Assembly (NCBI GenBank): GCA_965368975.1
Contig: CBDUPA010000012.1
Coordinates: 83,540 to 147,539, forward strand
Direction: 5' to 3'
Source: an uncultured bacterium
GTDB taxonomy: Bacteria > Acidobacteriota > Thermoanaerobaculia > Multivoradales > JAHZIX01
Length of the DNA: 64,000 nucleotides
Under the pieces are notes generated by a model. The model was given only the letters and a program-made list of their open reading frames with translations, searched no databases and was not told where the DNA came from. Positions 19,521 through 28,932 of this stretch are shown piece after piece (position 1 is the first letter of the stretch; each line of letters opens with the position of its first letter). A program made the position numbers and the translations under genes.

Positions 19521-20509
19521 GCCACCTTCCCCGCCGCCGCCACCAACACCTCGACGCCCGCACCGTCGAGATGCGCCTTCTCGCTCAGGTACCGTCGCCA
19601 TGCACGCGCCCCTGGCTGGCCGGCGAAGAGCCCCAGCAGGTGACGGCTGATCCGCTTCAGCGGCACCCCCGCCGCCAGCTGGCGCTCGACGTACGGAAAG
19701 AGCCCTTCGACGACCGCGCGGCGTGTTGGCACTTCACCGTCGTCGCCAAAGATCGCCGTGTCCACCGACGCGAGGAAGTACGGATCTTCGTACGCAGCCC
19801 GCCCGATCATGCAGGCGTCGACGTGACGCAGGTGCTCCTGGATCGCGTCCAGCGTGCGGATACCGCCGTTGATCTCGATGTGCAGGTGCGGGAACTCCCG
19901 CTTGAGCCGATACACGTCGTCATAGCGCAGCGGCGGAATCGTCCGGTTCTCCTTCGGGCTCAGCCCCGACAACCACGCCTTGCGCGCGTGCACCGTGAAC
20001 CGATCCGCCCCGGCGCGCGCCACCACCTCCACGAAGCGCGCCATGTCCTCATAGCGGTCCAGGTCGTCAATGCCGATGCGATGCTTCACCGTCACCGGCA
20101 ACGCTACCGCCCCGCGCATCGCCTCCACCGCCCGCGCCACCTTCTCCGGCTCGGCCATCAAGCAGGCGCCAAAGCTCCCTTTCTGCACCCGGTCGCTCGG
20201 GCAGCCGACGTTCAGGTTCACCTCGTCATAGCCCAGATCCGCCGCGATGCGCGCGCACTCGCTCAGCTCCGCCGGATCGTCGCCCCCCAGTTGCAGCGCC
20301 AGCGGATGCTCCACCTCGTCATAGCCGAGCAAGGCGTCGCGGTTCCCATGCAACACCGCTCCCGTCGTCACCATCTCCGTGTACAGCAGTGAGTGTCGTG
20401 TCAGCTGGCGCTGGAAGACGCGGAAGTGCCGGTCGCTGTGATCCATCATCGGGGCGATGGAGACGGACGGCGTCGAGGTGCGGGGAGTGGGGAGCGGCGT
20501 GGGCGTCAT
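19442..20509 (-). CDS. dusA: tRNA-dihydrouridine synthase A
   Basis: Near-collinear with E. coli DusA: SIAPMMDHSDRHFR, LYTEMVTTGA, NLNVGCPSDRVQKGSFGACLM, HARKAWLSGLSPKENR, GARAWRRYLSE; the last 24 aa are encoded by the repeat element. Confidence 0.85.
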   Translation of the reverse strand: MTPTPLPTPRTSTPSVSIAPMMDHSDRHFRVFQRQLTRHSLLYTEMVTTGAVLHGNRDALLGYDEVEHPLALQLGGDDPAELSECARIAADLGYDEVNLNVGCPSDRVQKGSFGACLMAEPEKVARAVEAMRGAVALPVTVKHRIGIDDLDRYEDMARFVEVVARAGADRFTVHARKAWLSGLSPKENRTIPPLRYDDVYRLKREFPHLHIEINGGIRTLDAIQEHLRHVDACMIGRAAYEDPYFLASVDTAIFGDDGEVPTRRAVVEGLFPYVERQLAAGVPLKRISRHLLGLFAGQPGARAWRRYLSEKAHLDGAGVEVLVAAAGKVAEPTTTQGAMPCAPTTHPNPRTERTA

Positions 20510-20570
20510 GGCGGGGGTATTCTACCGAGGTGGGGAGATGGGGGCGATGTGGTGCTTCCGAGGGGCCGGG

Positions 20571-21881
20571 TCAGAGCCGCCAGTAGAGGTGGTAGACGGG
20601 GAAGGGACGGCCGCCGGCTCGCTCGGCGCGCAGGACCTCGTGCAGCACCAGGCGGAGGTCCTGCAGCGTGAGATGTCCGCCAGAGGCTTGATTGCCGAAC
20701 AGGCGTAGGGCGAGGGCGGCTTGGGGGCTGCACGTGAGATGGTCGGCGAGGGCGGCGATACGACGTGCCAGGTCGAGGTCGACAGCTTGCTCGCCTTGGT
20801 GCCCCGCCCTGGCATCGGCCTTGCGGCTCAGCTTGCGGCCGGTCTTGCGAGCGGGTGCCAGTCGCAGCTGCAAGCCGTGGCTGAGAACGAGGACCGCTTC
20901 CAGCGCTCGACGGACCTGGACGAATTCGTCAGCCAGGTCGATCCAGGGGCGCGGGTCGGTGGCGTCGTCGACGTCGAGATCCCGGCCAGCGAAAGGGGAG
21001 CGCACGCCCAGGTCGTCGCCGTGCAGCAGGCACAGCCAGCGCAGGTGCGGCGGTGACGTGTCGAAGCCGGCGGTGTCGGCGGCACGCAGGCCTTCTTCGA
21101 TCACTTCGCGGGCCCGCTCCCGGTGGCCGTGGTAGAGCAAGGCTCGTGCGGCCGCGGCGTGGGCGCTGTCGTCGACCAGGGACGGGGCGCTCAGGGCTTC
21201 CAGGTCACGCAGTAGGTTCCGCCGGCGCAGGCGATCTTGCCGCAGGTCGAGCATCATGCGTCCGAACAGTGCGCTGTGCCGCAGCGGGAAGGGGTCGGGC
21301 AGGCTGGCGGCAGGGTCGGAGTCTTCGGCTCTCCCCGTAAGCGCTATGGGTAGCCGGAAGGCCAGGTCGACGGCGGTCTCGACGTGGTCACGGGCGGCCG
21401 GCAGGTAGCCTTGCCAGCTGTTGTAACTGGCCAGGGCCCAGTGGATCAGCGTGCGGGTCGCGGGGTGCAGGGGCTGCTGGTCGGTGCTCAGGTCGAGCGC
21501 TTGGTGCAGTCGTCGATAGCCTTGGAGATGGTAGCCGGTGTAGCTGAGGAAGCGGCCCAACTGGGCCAGTGCCAGCGCGTGCAGTTCGCGCGCGTCGCCG
21601 GCGAAGTGACGCGTCTGCCGCAGCTGCGCCGTGATCTCGACGGCAAGCCGGGTCAGCTGCGACGCCGCGGCGGGGCTCTCGCGCACCACGGCCTCGGCGG
21701 CGGTGAACAGCATCGCGACGCTGCCGCTGGTGTGGTAACGGCTGTCCTTGCGTACGATGTCCACGCGCCGCTGGGGCGTCTCGCGCAGCAACCGGGCGAG
21801 CAGCGGCCGCACCTCGGCGATTTCGGGGCGTTGTAGGAGTTCTTGCAGGCTGGGTTCTTTGGATCTGCTGTCCTGAGGCAT
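20571..21881 (-). CDS. hypothetical helical (TPR-like) protein, paralogous in architecture to 23625..24902
   Basis: 436-aa ORF with GGAG RBS; helical-repeat composition; no catalytic motif. Confidence 0.45.
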   Translation of the reverse strand: MPQDSRSKEPSLQELLQRPEIAEVRPLLARLLRETPQRRVDIVRKDSRYHTSGSVAMLFTAAEAVVRESPAAASQLTRLAVEITAQLRQTRHFAGDARELHALALAQLGRFLSYTGYHLQGYRRLHQALDLSTDQQPLHPATRTLIHWALASYNSWQGYLPAARDHVETAVDLAFRLPIALTGRAEDSDPAASLPDPFPLRHSALFGRMMLDLRQDRLRRRNLLRDLEALSAPSLVDDSAHAAAARALLYHGHRERAREVIEEGLRAADTAGFDTSPPHLRWLCLLHGDDLGVRSPFAGRDLDVDDATDPRPWIDLADEFVQVRRALEAVLVLSHGLQLRLAPARKTGRKLSRKADARAGHQGEQAVDLDLARRIAALADHLTCSPQAALALRLFGNQASGGHLTLQDLRLVLHEVLRAERAGGRPFPVYHLYWRL

Positions 21882-22081
21882 GAGAGGGCTCCTCGTAGGC
21901 TGGAGAGACAGGATGCGGGCGGCAAACGACGGCGGCGGGAGGCGTCGAGGCTGCTGGCATCGACCCCGCCCGTCGCCCGTGGGGTCACGGTGGGTGGCTG
22001 TGTCGAGGCACCGTCAGCGCTGGCGAACCGGTGCGGGCCGCCTCGACTCGAGGGGGGCTCCTGAGCTCCAGGAGTGGCGGC

Positions 22082-22630
22082 CTACAGGGCTTCCGGCAGC
22101 GCGAGGCTGCGATCGACCCCCTCGAGACCAGCGGCCAGGTCGAGATCGAGACCGGTGACGCCGCGGCGCACAGCTGGGCTCGCCACCTCGACGCGGAGGC
22201 TCGGGCCGTCGATGCTCAGCCGCGGTGGGTGACGCAGCTTGCGAGCCACCGCGGCGATGGCGTTGGCGAAGGCGCAGGCGGCGGTGAAGTCCGGGAAGCG
22301 GTACTGCTTCTGCAACCCGCGTTCGCCTTCCTGCCAGCCCGGCAGGCGCTGTAGTTCGAGCGCCAGCTGCGCCGTCTCGACTTCGCCGACCTTGGTGTGC
22401 CCGGTACGGCTGGCTGTGGACAGTCGGCTGCAGCCACCGGTGGCGTCGACGGTGGTGCTGTCGGCTTGCCGCTCCGCATCGCTACCGATGCGTTCTGCTT
22501 TGAGCTTGTCGACGCTGCCGAGGCTTTCGATAGGGGGGCCTACACGCGCGGAGTCTGCGCTCGGGGAGCCCGCGCCGCGGCGAGTGTCGGTCGAGCGAGG
22601 GGAGCGTTGTCGTGCATGGGTTTTACTCAT
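22082..22630 (-). CDS. pterin-4a-carbinolamine dehydratase (PCD/DCoH)-like protein with about 90-aa Arg/Ser-rich N-terminal extension
   Basis: C-terminal YRFPDFTAACAFANAIAAVARKLRHPPRLSIDGPSLRVEVAS fits the PCD fold pattern; start moved to ATG 22630 (AAGGATGA RBS). Confidence 0.5.
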   Translation of the reverse strand: MSKTHARQRSPRSTDTRRGAGSPSADSARVGPPIESLGSVDKLKAERIGSDAERQADSTTVDATGGCSRLSTASRTGHTKVGEVETAQLALELQRLPGWQEGERGLQKQYRFPDFTAACAFANAIAAVARKLRHPPRLSIDGPSLRVEVASPAVRRGVTGLDLDLAAGLEGVDRSLALPEAL

Positions 22631-23252
22631 GGTCGTGTCATCCTTGATGAAGTGGGTTCGAGGTGAGTTTCGGCGGTAGCGCGCATGAATTCCTGCTGCA
22701 ATCTCCTTGGATTCGCGCTCATTGCAATGAAATTCATGCGCGATCTGGGGGCAGCTTAGGGATGCGATGCTGGCTTTGTCAAGTCTTAGGCAACGCAAAG
22801 GCATAGATTTTTATGCGGCTGATGCCGATCTGGACTGGAGGAAGCGTGTTCAGGCGAGTTCCGAAGGGCACGGCGAATCGCACCTCGGCAAGGAGGTGGG
22901 GAGGGAGCGGTCTGGGTACTGCAGAGTTGCCTCAGATCAAAGGGAATATTTCTTCTGCAAGATCAAATGTTCGCAGGAAGGGGGGGTGGCCCTGGGTTGT
23001 CGCCGCTGTGCGAGAGGCGTAGGATGGCCGTTTCGAGAAGCTGAGGAAGGGCGTAAGTAGTGCTAGAGGAACGAGTTGCGGGAGGAGGTCTACCGTCTCG
23101 GTGGCTGCTGGAGCAGCCCGCAAGAACGCCTGCGATAGTCTCTCTGGAGGCGACGGCTTGCTGAATGGGGCAAGTCGGCCTGAGTGTCTATATACATCTC
23201 AGTGGTATCCGTCATGAGGGCGGTGCCAAACATGGTGAAAAGGAGATGCGAA

Positions 23253-23351
23253 ATGCTGAAGTATGGTGAGGCGAAGAAGGCTGTCTACAGAGGATCGCTT
23301 ATCGACCCGATCGGGTTTGATAGAGGGTCATTGATCGATCCCATCGGATAG
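23253..23351 (+). CDS. candidate small ORF (32 aa) MLKYGEAKKAVYRGSLIDPIGFDRGSLIDPIG with an internal tandem repeat
   Basis: AAAGGAG RBS 7 nt upstream of ATG; lies in a 1-kb AT-richer intergenic region; below the ORF-track length cutoff. Confidence 0.25.
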   Translation: MLKYGEAKKAVYRGSLIDPIGFDRGSLIDPIG

Positions 23352-23624
23352 CCCCGCTGTCTCGGTCCTTCCGAGTCTAAACTGCTGAATCCCCCCCATC
23401 GTACTTCCCCATATGGCCCCGGGTGGCAGGCCCGGGGCCTCGACTTGCGTCAGTTACCGACCTCGACTACACTTTCGTCGATCCAGTAATATCTTTCCCG
23501 CAACCGGCTTGAATTCTGTCTTTCATGGATCACCGAATACTGGAAACGCCCGTGCGCTGTGATCCGCAGGGCGACTGTTGACGCATTGGCACCATGCTAC
23601 AGTGACCTAGGAGGACGAGACACC

Positions 23625-24902
23625 ATGACGGCATCCCATCCGGAACCGCTGCCGCTGACCTTGATTGCCGAGTATCTTGACGGATCCGCCGACGCCAACT
23701 CATTCTGGGACGATTGGGTGTCGGTTCTGCTGGAGAACCCGCGGTTCGCGGCCAGTTTCCACCGCCTCTTGGGGCTGAGCGAAGAGTTCAGCTTGCCGCA
23801 GCTGAGCCGGGTCGCCTACGAGGGCCCGGAGGCACGCGAGCTATTGCAGCGTCTGCGCTGCTTGCCGCCAGCGAGGCAGTGGCGCGAGGCACGCAATGCC
23901 AGTTGGGTGGTCAATTGGTGTTTGGTGCGCCTCTTGCTGCGAGAGAATCTCCGCATCACTCCGCAGGACGTGCACGAGGGCGGCCGCCTGGCGCGTTTGG
24001 CCCTGATGCTGGTGCGACGCTTGCCGGCTGCAGTCTACGGCACTGAGCGCTTGGCCGAACTGAGGGCACTGGCCTGGGCCAATCTGGCCAATGTCTATCG
24101 CGTGCGCGGTGATCTCAAGCAGGCCGACGCTCTCATGCAGCGTGCACTGCGTCGCCTCGGAGGAGAGCCGCTGCAAGAGCCCGGTCTGCGAGCGGATCTG
24201 CACCTGATTCAGGGTTCCATGCTCTACGATCAGCGGCAACTCGGTGCCGCCCGGATGGCCTTCGAGCAAGGCTTGAATCTCTGTCAGCACCCGCTTCGGC
24301 AAGAAACGGCCGCTATGCTTCAGATGCGGCTGGCCGCTCTGGACTACGAGGTGGCACACCTAGACAGTGCAATTGAGAGGACCGAGGCGGCCCTACGACT
24401 CATCGGCAAGTCTGGGGCTACGCGGCTCTTTGTGCAAGCGAGCTTCAATCTTGCGGATCTGTTTGCCCGAGCGGGCCGCTTCGACGAGGCGATGGCGCAG
24501 CTGTCTCAGCATCGGCAAGCCCTGCAAGTCTATGGGACGCCGAGTGATCAGTGCCGCGCCAACTGGTGCGAGGGGATCATCCACCAGGGGCTTGGCGAAT
24601 TTGGCGCGGCAGTGAAATGCTACGCGCGCGCAAAAAAAGCTTTCCTTTCTCTGGATTTGTGGTACGATGCAGCCATTGTCACGCTGGAGTTGGCTAGCTT
24701 ACTGCTCGAACACGGCAAAACAGCTGAAGTCAAGCAACTAGCGCTCGACACGCACAAGCTCTTTGAAATCCAGGACGTCGACCGCGAAGCTCTTGCAGCG
24801 CTAGAGCTCTTCCGCGAGGCAGCGACGCAGGAAGCCTTGTCGATCGAGATGCTGCAACGCATCGAAGCCGACTTCCGGCAAGCCTGCCGTGTCTCCGCTT
24901 AG
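23625..24902 (+). CDS. hypothetical TPR-like helical protein
   Basis: Start set to ATG 23625 (MTASHPEP) with GGAGGA RBS; TPR-like repeats (LANVYRVRGDLKQADALMQRAL etc.). Confidence 0.5.
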   Translation: MTASHPEPLPLTLIAEYLDGSADANSFWDDWVSVLLENPRFAASFHRLLGLSEEFSLPQLSRVAYEGPEARELLQRLRCLPPARQWREARNASWVVNWCLVRLLLRENLRITPQDVHEGGRLARLALMLVRRLPAAVYGTERLAELRALAWANLANVYRVRGDLKQADALMQRALRRLGGEPLQEPGLRADLHLIQGSMLYDQRQLGAARMAFEQGLNLCQHPLRQETAAMLQMRLAALDYEVAHLDSAIERTEAALRLIGKSGATRLFVQASFNLADLFARAGRFDEAMAQLSQHRQALQVYGTPSDQCRANWCEGIIHQGLGEFGAAVKCYARAKKAFLSLDLWYDAAIVTLELASLLLEHGKTAEVKQLALDTHKLFEIQDVDREALAALELFREAATQEALSIEMLQRIEADFRQACRVSA

Positions 24903-25028
24903 GCCTTGCGCCTGGGCGTTGGAGATCGCCGCGACATTTCTGGATATCTACACTTGGTGCACCAGCCTGGCGACCATCAGTAGCCTGATGGCCATCCTTC
25001 TGGTAGCTGGAACCTAAGAAATCGAGTT

Positions 25029-25111
25029 GGCCGGTGTAGGCGAACGGTCGGAGTTAAACCAGACTTCCGCCAAGTTTCCCGTTCGTCTACACCGGCCTTT
25101 AGTTTTTGGGG
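25029..25111. terminator. bidirectional intrinsic terminator between convergent genes
   Basis: 19-bp near-perfect inverted repeat ggccggtgtaggcgaacgg / ccgttcgtctacaccggcc followed by tttagtttttgggg. Confidence 0.5.
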
Positions 25112-25163
25112 CCTCGAGTTCTTAGGGCCCTCGGCTATTGAGCCCTTCAGTTCTGGGGAGAGC

Positions 25164-25730
25164 CTAGCGGAAGCAGGGGCGCTCCGGCCACGGGACGCGT
25201 TGCGGTAGATCTTGCGGTTCGGGAGTGGCCTGCAACTGACCCTGCAGAGCTGCCTCGACGGTCACACCGTCCGGCGCCAGCGGGTGATCCGGCAGCAGCT
25301 CGGCCAGGGGAAGCAGGGCGAACAGGCGTTGCTGGAGCCGTGGATGCGGCAGGGTGAGTTCCGGGCGCTGCAGGTGGGTGCTGCCGTAGAGCAGCAGATC
25401 GATGTCGAGAAGGCGCGCTGCGTTGCGCTGGCGCCGACGCCGGCCGGCGGCCAGCTCCAGCGCCTGGGTGACGGCCAGGACGGCCGTGGCCGGCAGTCGA
25501 CAGTCGCCGGTCAGCACGGCGTTGAGGTAGGGAGGCTGGGTTGCAGTCAGGGGCTGGGCTGTGTCCGTGGACTCGGACTGGGGCAGCCACAGGGGGCTAC
25601 GATAGAGGCCGGAGAGACGGGCGTGGCGCAGGCGCAGGCGATGCTGCAGAACGCGGGCAGCCTGCGCCAGGGTCGTTGCGACGTTGCCCAGGTTGGCACC
25701 CAGGCCCAGGGCCAGGACGACGGCCGGGGA
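25164..25730 (-). CDS. folK: 2-amino-4-hydroxy-6-hydroxymethyldihydropteridine pyrophosphokinase (HPPK); start codon unresolved
   Basis: Frame translation SPAVVLALGLGANLGNV...QPPYLNAVLTGD...RLLDIDLLLYG...LTLPHPRLQQRLFALLPLAEL is collinear with E. coli FolK; no ATG/GTG/TTG in frame between the upstream stop (25773) and the internal GTG at 25517. Confidence 0.55.
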   Translation of the reverse strand, partial: SPAVVLALGLGANLGNVATTLAQAARVLQHRLRLRHARLSGLYRSPLWLPQSESTDTAQPLTATQPPYLNAVLTGDCRLPATAVLAVTQALELAAGRRRRQRNAARLLDIDLLLYGSTHLQRPELTLPHPRLQQRLFALLPLAELLPDHPLAPDGVTVEAALQGQLQATPEPQDLPQRVPWPERPCFR

Positions 25731-25731
25731 A

Positions 25732-26070
25732 TCAGTCGTCGTCGTCCTCGTCGTCGCTGTCGTCGTCGTCGCTCAGGTCGGCACCTTCGAGTTCGCTCTC
25801 GAGGTCGTCATCCTCGAGATCGTCGTCGTCCTCGTCGTCATCTTTGGCGCCGTCCTCGAGCAGGTCCGAGTTGTCCTTCTTCGGCGCCTTCTCTTTCTCG
25901 GTCTTGACGGCGACGGGCGGTGGCGGTGCCGCGGCAGGCTTGCTCTTGCCGCTCGCCGGCGCTACCGGGGTGGCGCACTTGGGACAGGCGGGTTGCGGTC
26001 GGCCCAGGTCGTAAAACTTGGTGCTGCACTCACTGCAGGTGTGCTTGGTGCCCAGCTTGTTTTCAGCCAT
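25732..26070 (-). CDS. FYDLG-type zinc-ribbon protein with poly-Asp/Glu C-terminal tail
   Basis: MAENKLGTKHTCSECSTKFYDLGRPQPACPKCATPV (CxxC...CxxC); start moved to ATG 26070. Confidence 0.55.
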   Translation of the reverse strand: MAENKLGTKHTCSECSTKFYDLGRPQPACPKCATPVAPASGKSKPAAAPPPPVAVKTEKEKAPKKDNSDLLEDGAKDDDEDDDDLEDDDLESELEGADLSDDDDSDDEDDDD

Positions 26071-26236
26071 GATGAAAATCAGCCCCGTAGATCGGTTCAG
26101 CCGTTGGATTCGTCCCACATGGGAATCTGTCGACGTGCCGCGAAGAGCGCTTGCCCCCGGCGCGGCGGGAAGATACCATGCCGCAGGTCCGCGCTGGGAC
26201 CAGTTCGGCTGGAAGCAGCGCTTCTTATACCCCAAG

Positions 26237-27052
26237 ATGCGAATGTCGACAACGATTTCTACTGCAAGTTCCCTGACGTCGTGGCTGGCCAATGTCGCCC
26301 GCTACGGGGCGATCGCGCTGCTGGCGCTGCTTCTGGCAGCTTCGCTGCTGGCGCCTGCGTTGATCGCTCAGGCGTCCGATGTACCCGATCCTTCCGAGCC
26401 CGGGCTGAGCGCTGACGAGCAACTGCGCCGGCTGCTGGCTCGTGTTCAGTACGAGCAGCGCAACACGCGCACGCTGCACGCCGACTTCCGGCTGCTGCAG
26501 CAGAGTGAGCTGCTGCTCGAGCCGCAAGAGTCGTCCGGCGAGCTGTTCTACCGTGCACCGGACGAGGTGCGCTGGGAGTACAGTTCCCCTGAACCGATGA
26601 CGGTGGTCATTCGCGAGGATCGTATGCTCACCTGGTACCGCGATCTGCATCGAGCCGAGCGGGCGCAGGTGGGCAGTTATTCCGAGCGGGTGATGAAGTA
26701 TCTCAACGCTGCCAACTCCTTGGACGCGTTGCTCGAATACTTCGACGCCCGGGTCAGCTTCGCGCAGCTCGACCAGCCCTACCAGGTCAAGCTGGAGGCC
26801 AACAGCCCGCGCGTGGCGCGGCGTCTGAGTGGCATGACGCTGTGGATCGACCGCGAGCTGTACCGGCCGGTGAAGATCATCGTCGAATCGGCGGACGGCG
26901 ACGTGACGGAGTTCCAGTTCGAGAACTTCCGGGTCAACGGTGAGTTGCCCGAGGGCGTGTTCGACGTCGAGCTACCACCGGACGTCGAAGTGCGCGACGT
27001 CGAGCTGGGTAGTTCCAGCTCTGGAGCCGCCGCGAGCGGCGGTCACTTCTGA
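26237..27052 (+). CDS. LolA-like outer-membrane lipoprotein carrier / lipoprotein-sorting fold protein
   Basis: Signal peptide then LolA-like beta-barrel pattern (LHADFRLLQQSELL, MTLWIDRELYRPVKIIV); start set to ATG 26237. Confidence 0.55.
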   Translation: MRMSTTISTASSLTSWLANVARYGAIALLALLLAASLLAPALIAQASDVPDPSEPGLSADEQLRRLLARVQYEQRNTRTLHADFRLLQQSELLLEPQESSGELFYRAPDEVRWEYSSPEPMTVVIREDRMLTWYRDLHRAERAQVGSYSERVMKYLNAANSLDALLEYFDARVSFAQLDQPYQVKLEANSPRVARRLSGMTLWIDRELYRPVKIIVESADGDVTEFQFENFRVNGELPEGVFDVELPPDVEVRDVELGSSSSGAAASGGHF

Positions 27053-27080
27053 GCCCTGGCCGCGAGCGGGGGGAGCTGCG

Positions 27081-28733
27081 ATGAGCGACGACCAGTTCAA
27101 GTGGCCGGTCTCGGACACGCCGCCTCCCAGGAGCATGCCGACGGGGAGCCGGCCGCCGGGTGGTTTCGACTTCCCGTCGCGCCGCGGCTTCCTGGGCCGA
27201 CCGGGGGGCCGCTACCGTGCTGGCGTTTTCGCCTGTGGTGGCGGCGGGCTCGGCCCGATCCGTTTCGATCTCCTGCCGCCGGAGGAGGACGTCAAGGAGC
27301 CGCCGGAGTTCGCCACCTTCATCGGCCAGCGCTTCATGGGCATTCCGGTGGAGTGGGAGCAGACGCATCTGCCGACCCACATGCGCGAGCCACCGCGCGA
27401 GCTCGAGGAGAGCCCGAGTGCGGTTGCCGTGCGCGAAGGACGGCTGGAGCGGCGCGGTCGTCTGGGCCGCCTGGTGACGCCGCACGGTGCCATCTTCACG
27501 CCCGCCTTCATGCCGGTGGGCACGCTCGGTGCGGTCAAAGGCTTGCCGTCCTGGGAGCTCGAAGCCCTGGGCGCCAACGTCATGCTGAGCAACTTCTACC
27601 ACCTGGCGGTGCGGCCCGGTCTCGAGCAGATCATCGCTGCCGGTGGTGTGCACGACTTCACCGGCTGGCGTGGCCCGATTCTCACCGACAGCGGCGGCTA
27701 CCAGATCTGGAGCCTGCCGGATCTGCGCAAGATCGACGACGACGGCGTCAGCTTCCGCAACCATGTTGACGGCTCGCCGATGCGCCTGACGCCCGAGTCG
27801 GTGGTCGACGGCCAGTACTGGATCGGCGTCGACATCGCCATGGTGCTGGACGAATGCCCGCCGGCCGGCGGTAGCTACGAGGAAGTAGCGGCGTCCTGGA
27901 AGCGCACGCTGGCGTGGGCCGGCCGGGCGCGCGACGCCTGGGCGCGCCACGACGCCGAGGCCGGGCTGTTCGGCATCGTCCAGGGCGGTGTCTACGATGA
28001 CCTGCGTCGGCGCGCGGCACGCGATCTCGAAGACCTCGACTTCGACGGCTACGCCATCGGTGGTGTCAGCGTCGGTGAGCCGGAGGCCGACCGCCGCCGC
28101 GTCGTCGAGGTGACGGCACCCGAGTTGCCCTTCGACAAACCGCGCTACCTGATGGGGGTCGGCTATCCGCTCGACATCGGTCACGCCGTGCTGCACGGTG
28201 TCGACCTGTTCGACTGCGTGCTGCCGTCGCGCAATGCTCGCCATGGCTTGCTGTTCCAGCGCGGCGGGGGTGTCGTCAAGATCAAGAACTCCCGCTACCA
28301 GCATGCCCACGGCCCGATCGACGCCGCCTGCGCCTGCCCGGTGTGCCAGCAACACACGCTGGCCTTCGTGCACCATCTCTTCCGCTGTGGCGACATCACA
28401 GGCCAGGTCTTGGCGACGGTGCACAATGTCTACCATTACCTTGACTTTATGTCGGAGCTTCGGCAAGCTATCGCGACCGGTGTGCTGGTGGAAACCATCG
28501 CCGACTGGTGTGGTGTCGATCCGGCTGAGCTGAACGTCAGCGAAGAAGAAGCCGAACTCGCCCGCCAGGGTGTGGCGCTTCGGGAGCGGGAACGCGAACG
28601 GTTCGAAGAAGAATCGATTCGCCCGACTGCCGAGGAGTGGGCCGCGTCGAAACGGTTGGCGACACAAGCGGCGCAATACGCCGACGCCACAACCGCTCCG
28701 GCGCCCGCTCACAAGCCGAAGAGAAGGTCGTAG
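27081..28733 (+). CDS. tgt: queuine tRNA-ribosyltransferase with about 95-aa N-terminal and about 80-aa C-terminal extensions
   Basis: LVTPHGAIFTPAFMPVGT, LTDSGGYQ, GYAIGGVSVGE and CxCxxC...H zinc motif (CACPVCQQH); GGGGGAG RBS before ATG 27081; upstream of yajC-secDF as in the canonical operon. Confidence 0.85.
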   Translation: MSDDQFKWPVSDTPPPRSMPTGSRPPGGFDFPSRRGFLGRPGGRYRAGVFACGGGGLGPIRFDLLPPEEDVKEPPEFATFIGQRFMGIPVEWEQTHLPTHMREPPRELEESPSAVAVREGRLERRGRLGRLVTPHGAIFTPAFMPVGTLGAVKGLPSWELEALGANVMLSNFYHLAVRPGLEQIIAAGGVHDFTGWRGPILTDSGGYQIWSLPDLRKIDDDGVSFRNHVDGSPMRLTPESVVDGQYWIGVDIAMVLDECPPAGGSYEEVAASWKRTLAWAGRARDAWARHDAEAGLFGIVQGGVYDDLRRRAARDLEDLDFDGYAIGGVSVGEPEADRRRVVEVTAPELPFDKPRYLMGVGYPLDIGHAVLHGVDLFDCVLPSRNARHGLLFQRGGGVVKIKNSRYQHAHGPIDAACACPVCQQHTLAFVHHLFRCGDITGQVLATVHNVYHYLDFMSELRQAIATGVLVETIADWCGVDPAELNVSEEEAELARQGVALRERERERFEEESIRPTAEEWAASKRLATQAAQYADATTAPAPAHKPKRRS

Positions 28734-28932
28734 CCAAGATCTCGTGACGAGCTTCGTGACGGAGCGCGCTACGACAAGCCACAGACTGCCCTCCGCCGGC
28801 AACGTCCGCCGCTAGGAGCGAAACAACCCCCGAGTCAGAAGAATCCGCGAGCCGAGCGGTCACGGTCCGTTTCGGGACCGTCGGAGAAGCGTCGCCTCGG
28901 TGCCCGCGGGGCAAAGTTTTCAGGAGCACAAC

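Noticed and set aside
23576-23604. TTGACG...AGTGAC as a sigma70 promoter for the 23625 gene
   Set aside because: The -10 candidate is poor and the spacer ambiguous; left as a note inside the intergenic-region finding only.
25164-25517. GTG at 25517 as the folK start (ORF-track call)
   Set aside because: It would delete about 70 N-terminal residues that are clearly conserved with HPPK in the upstream in-frame translation.
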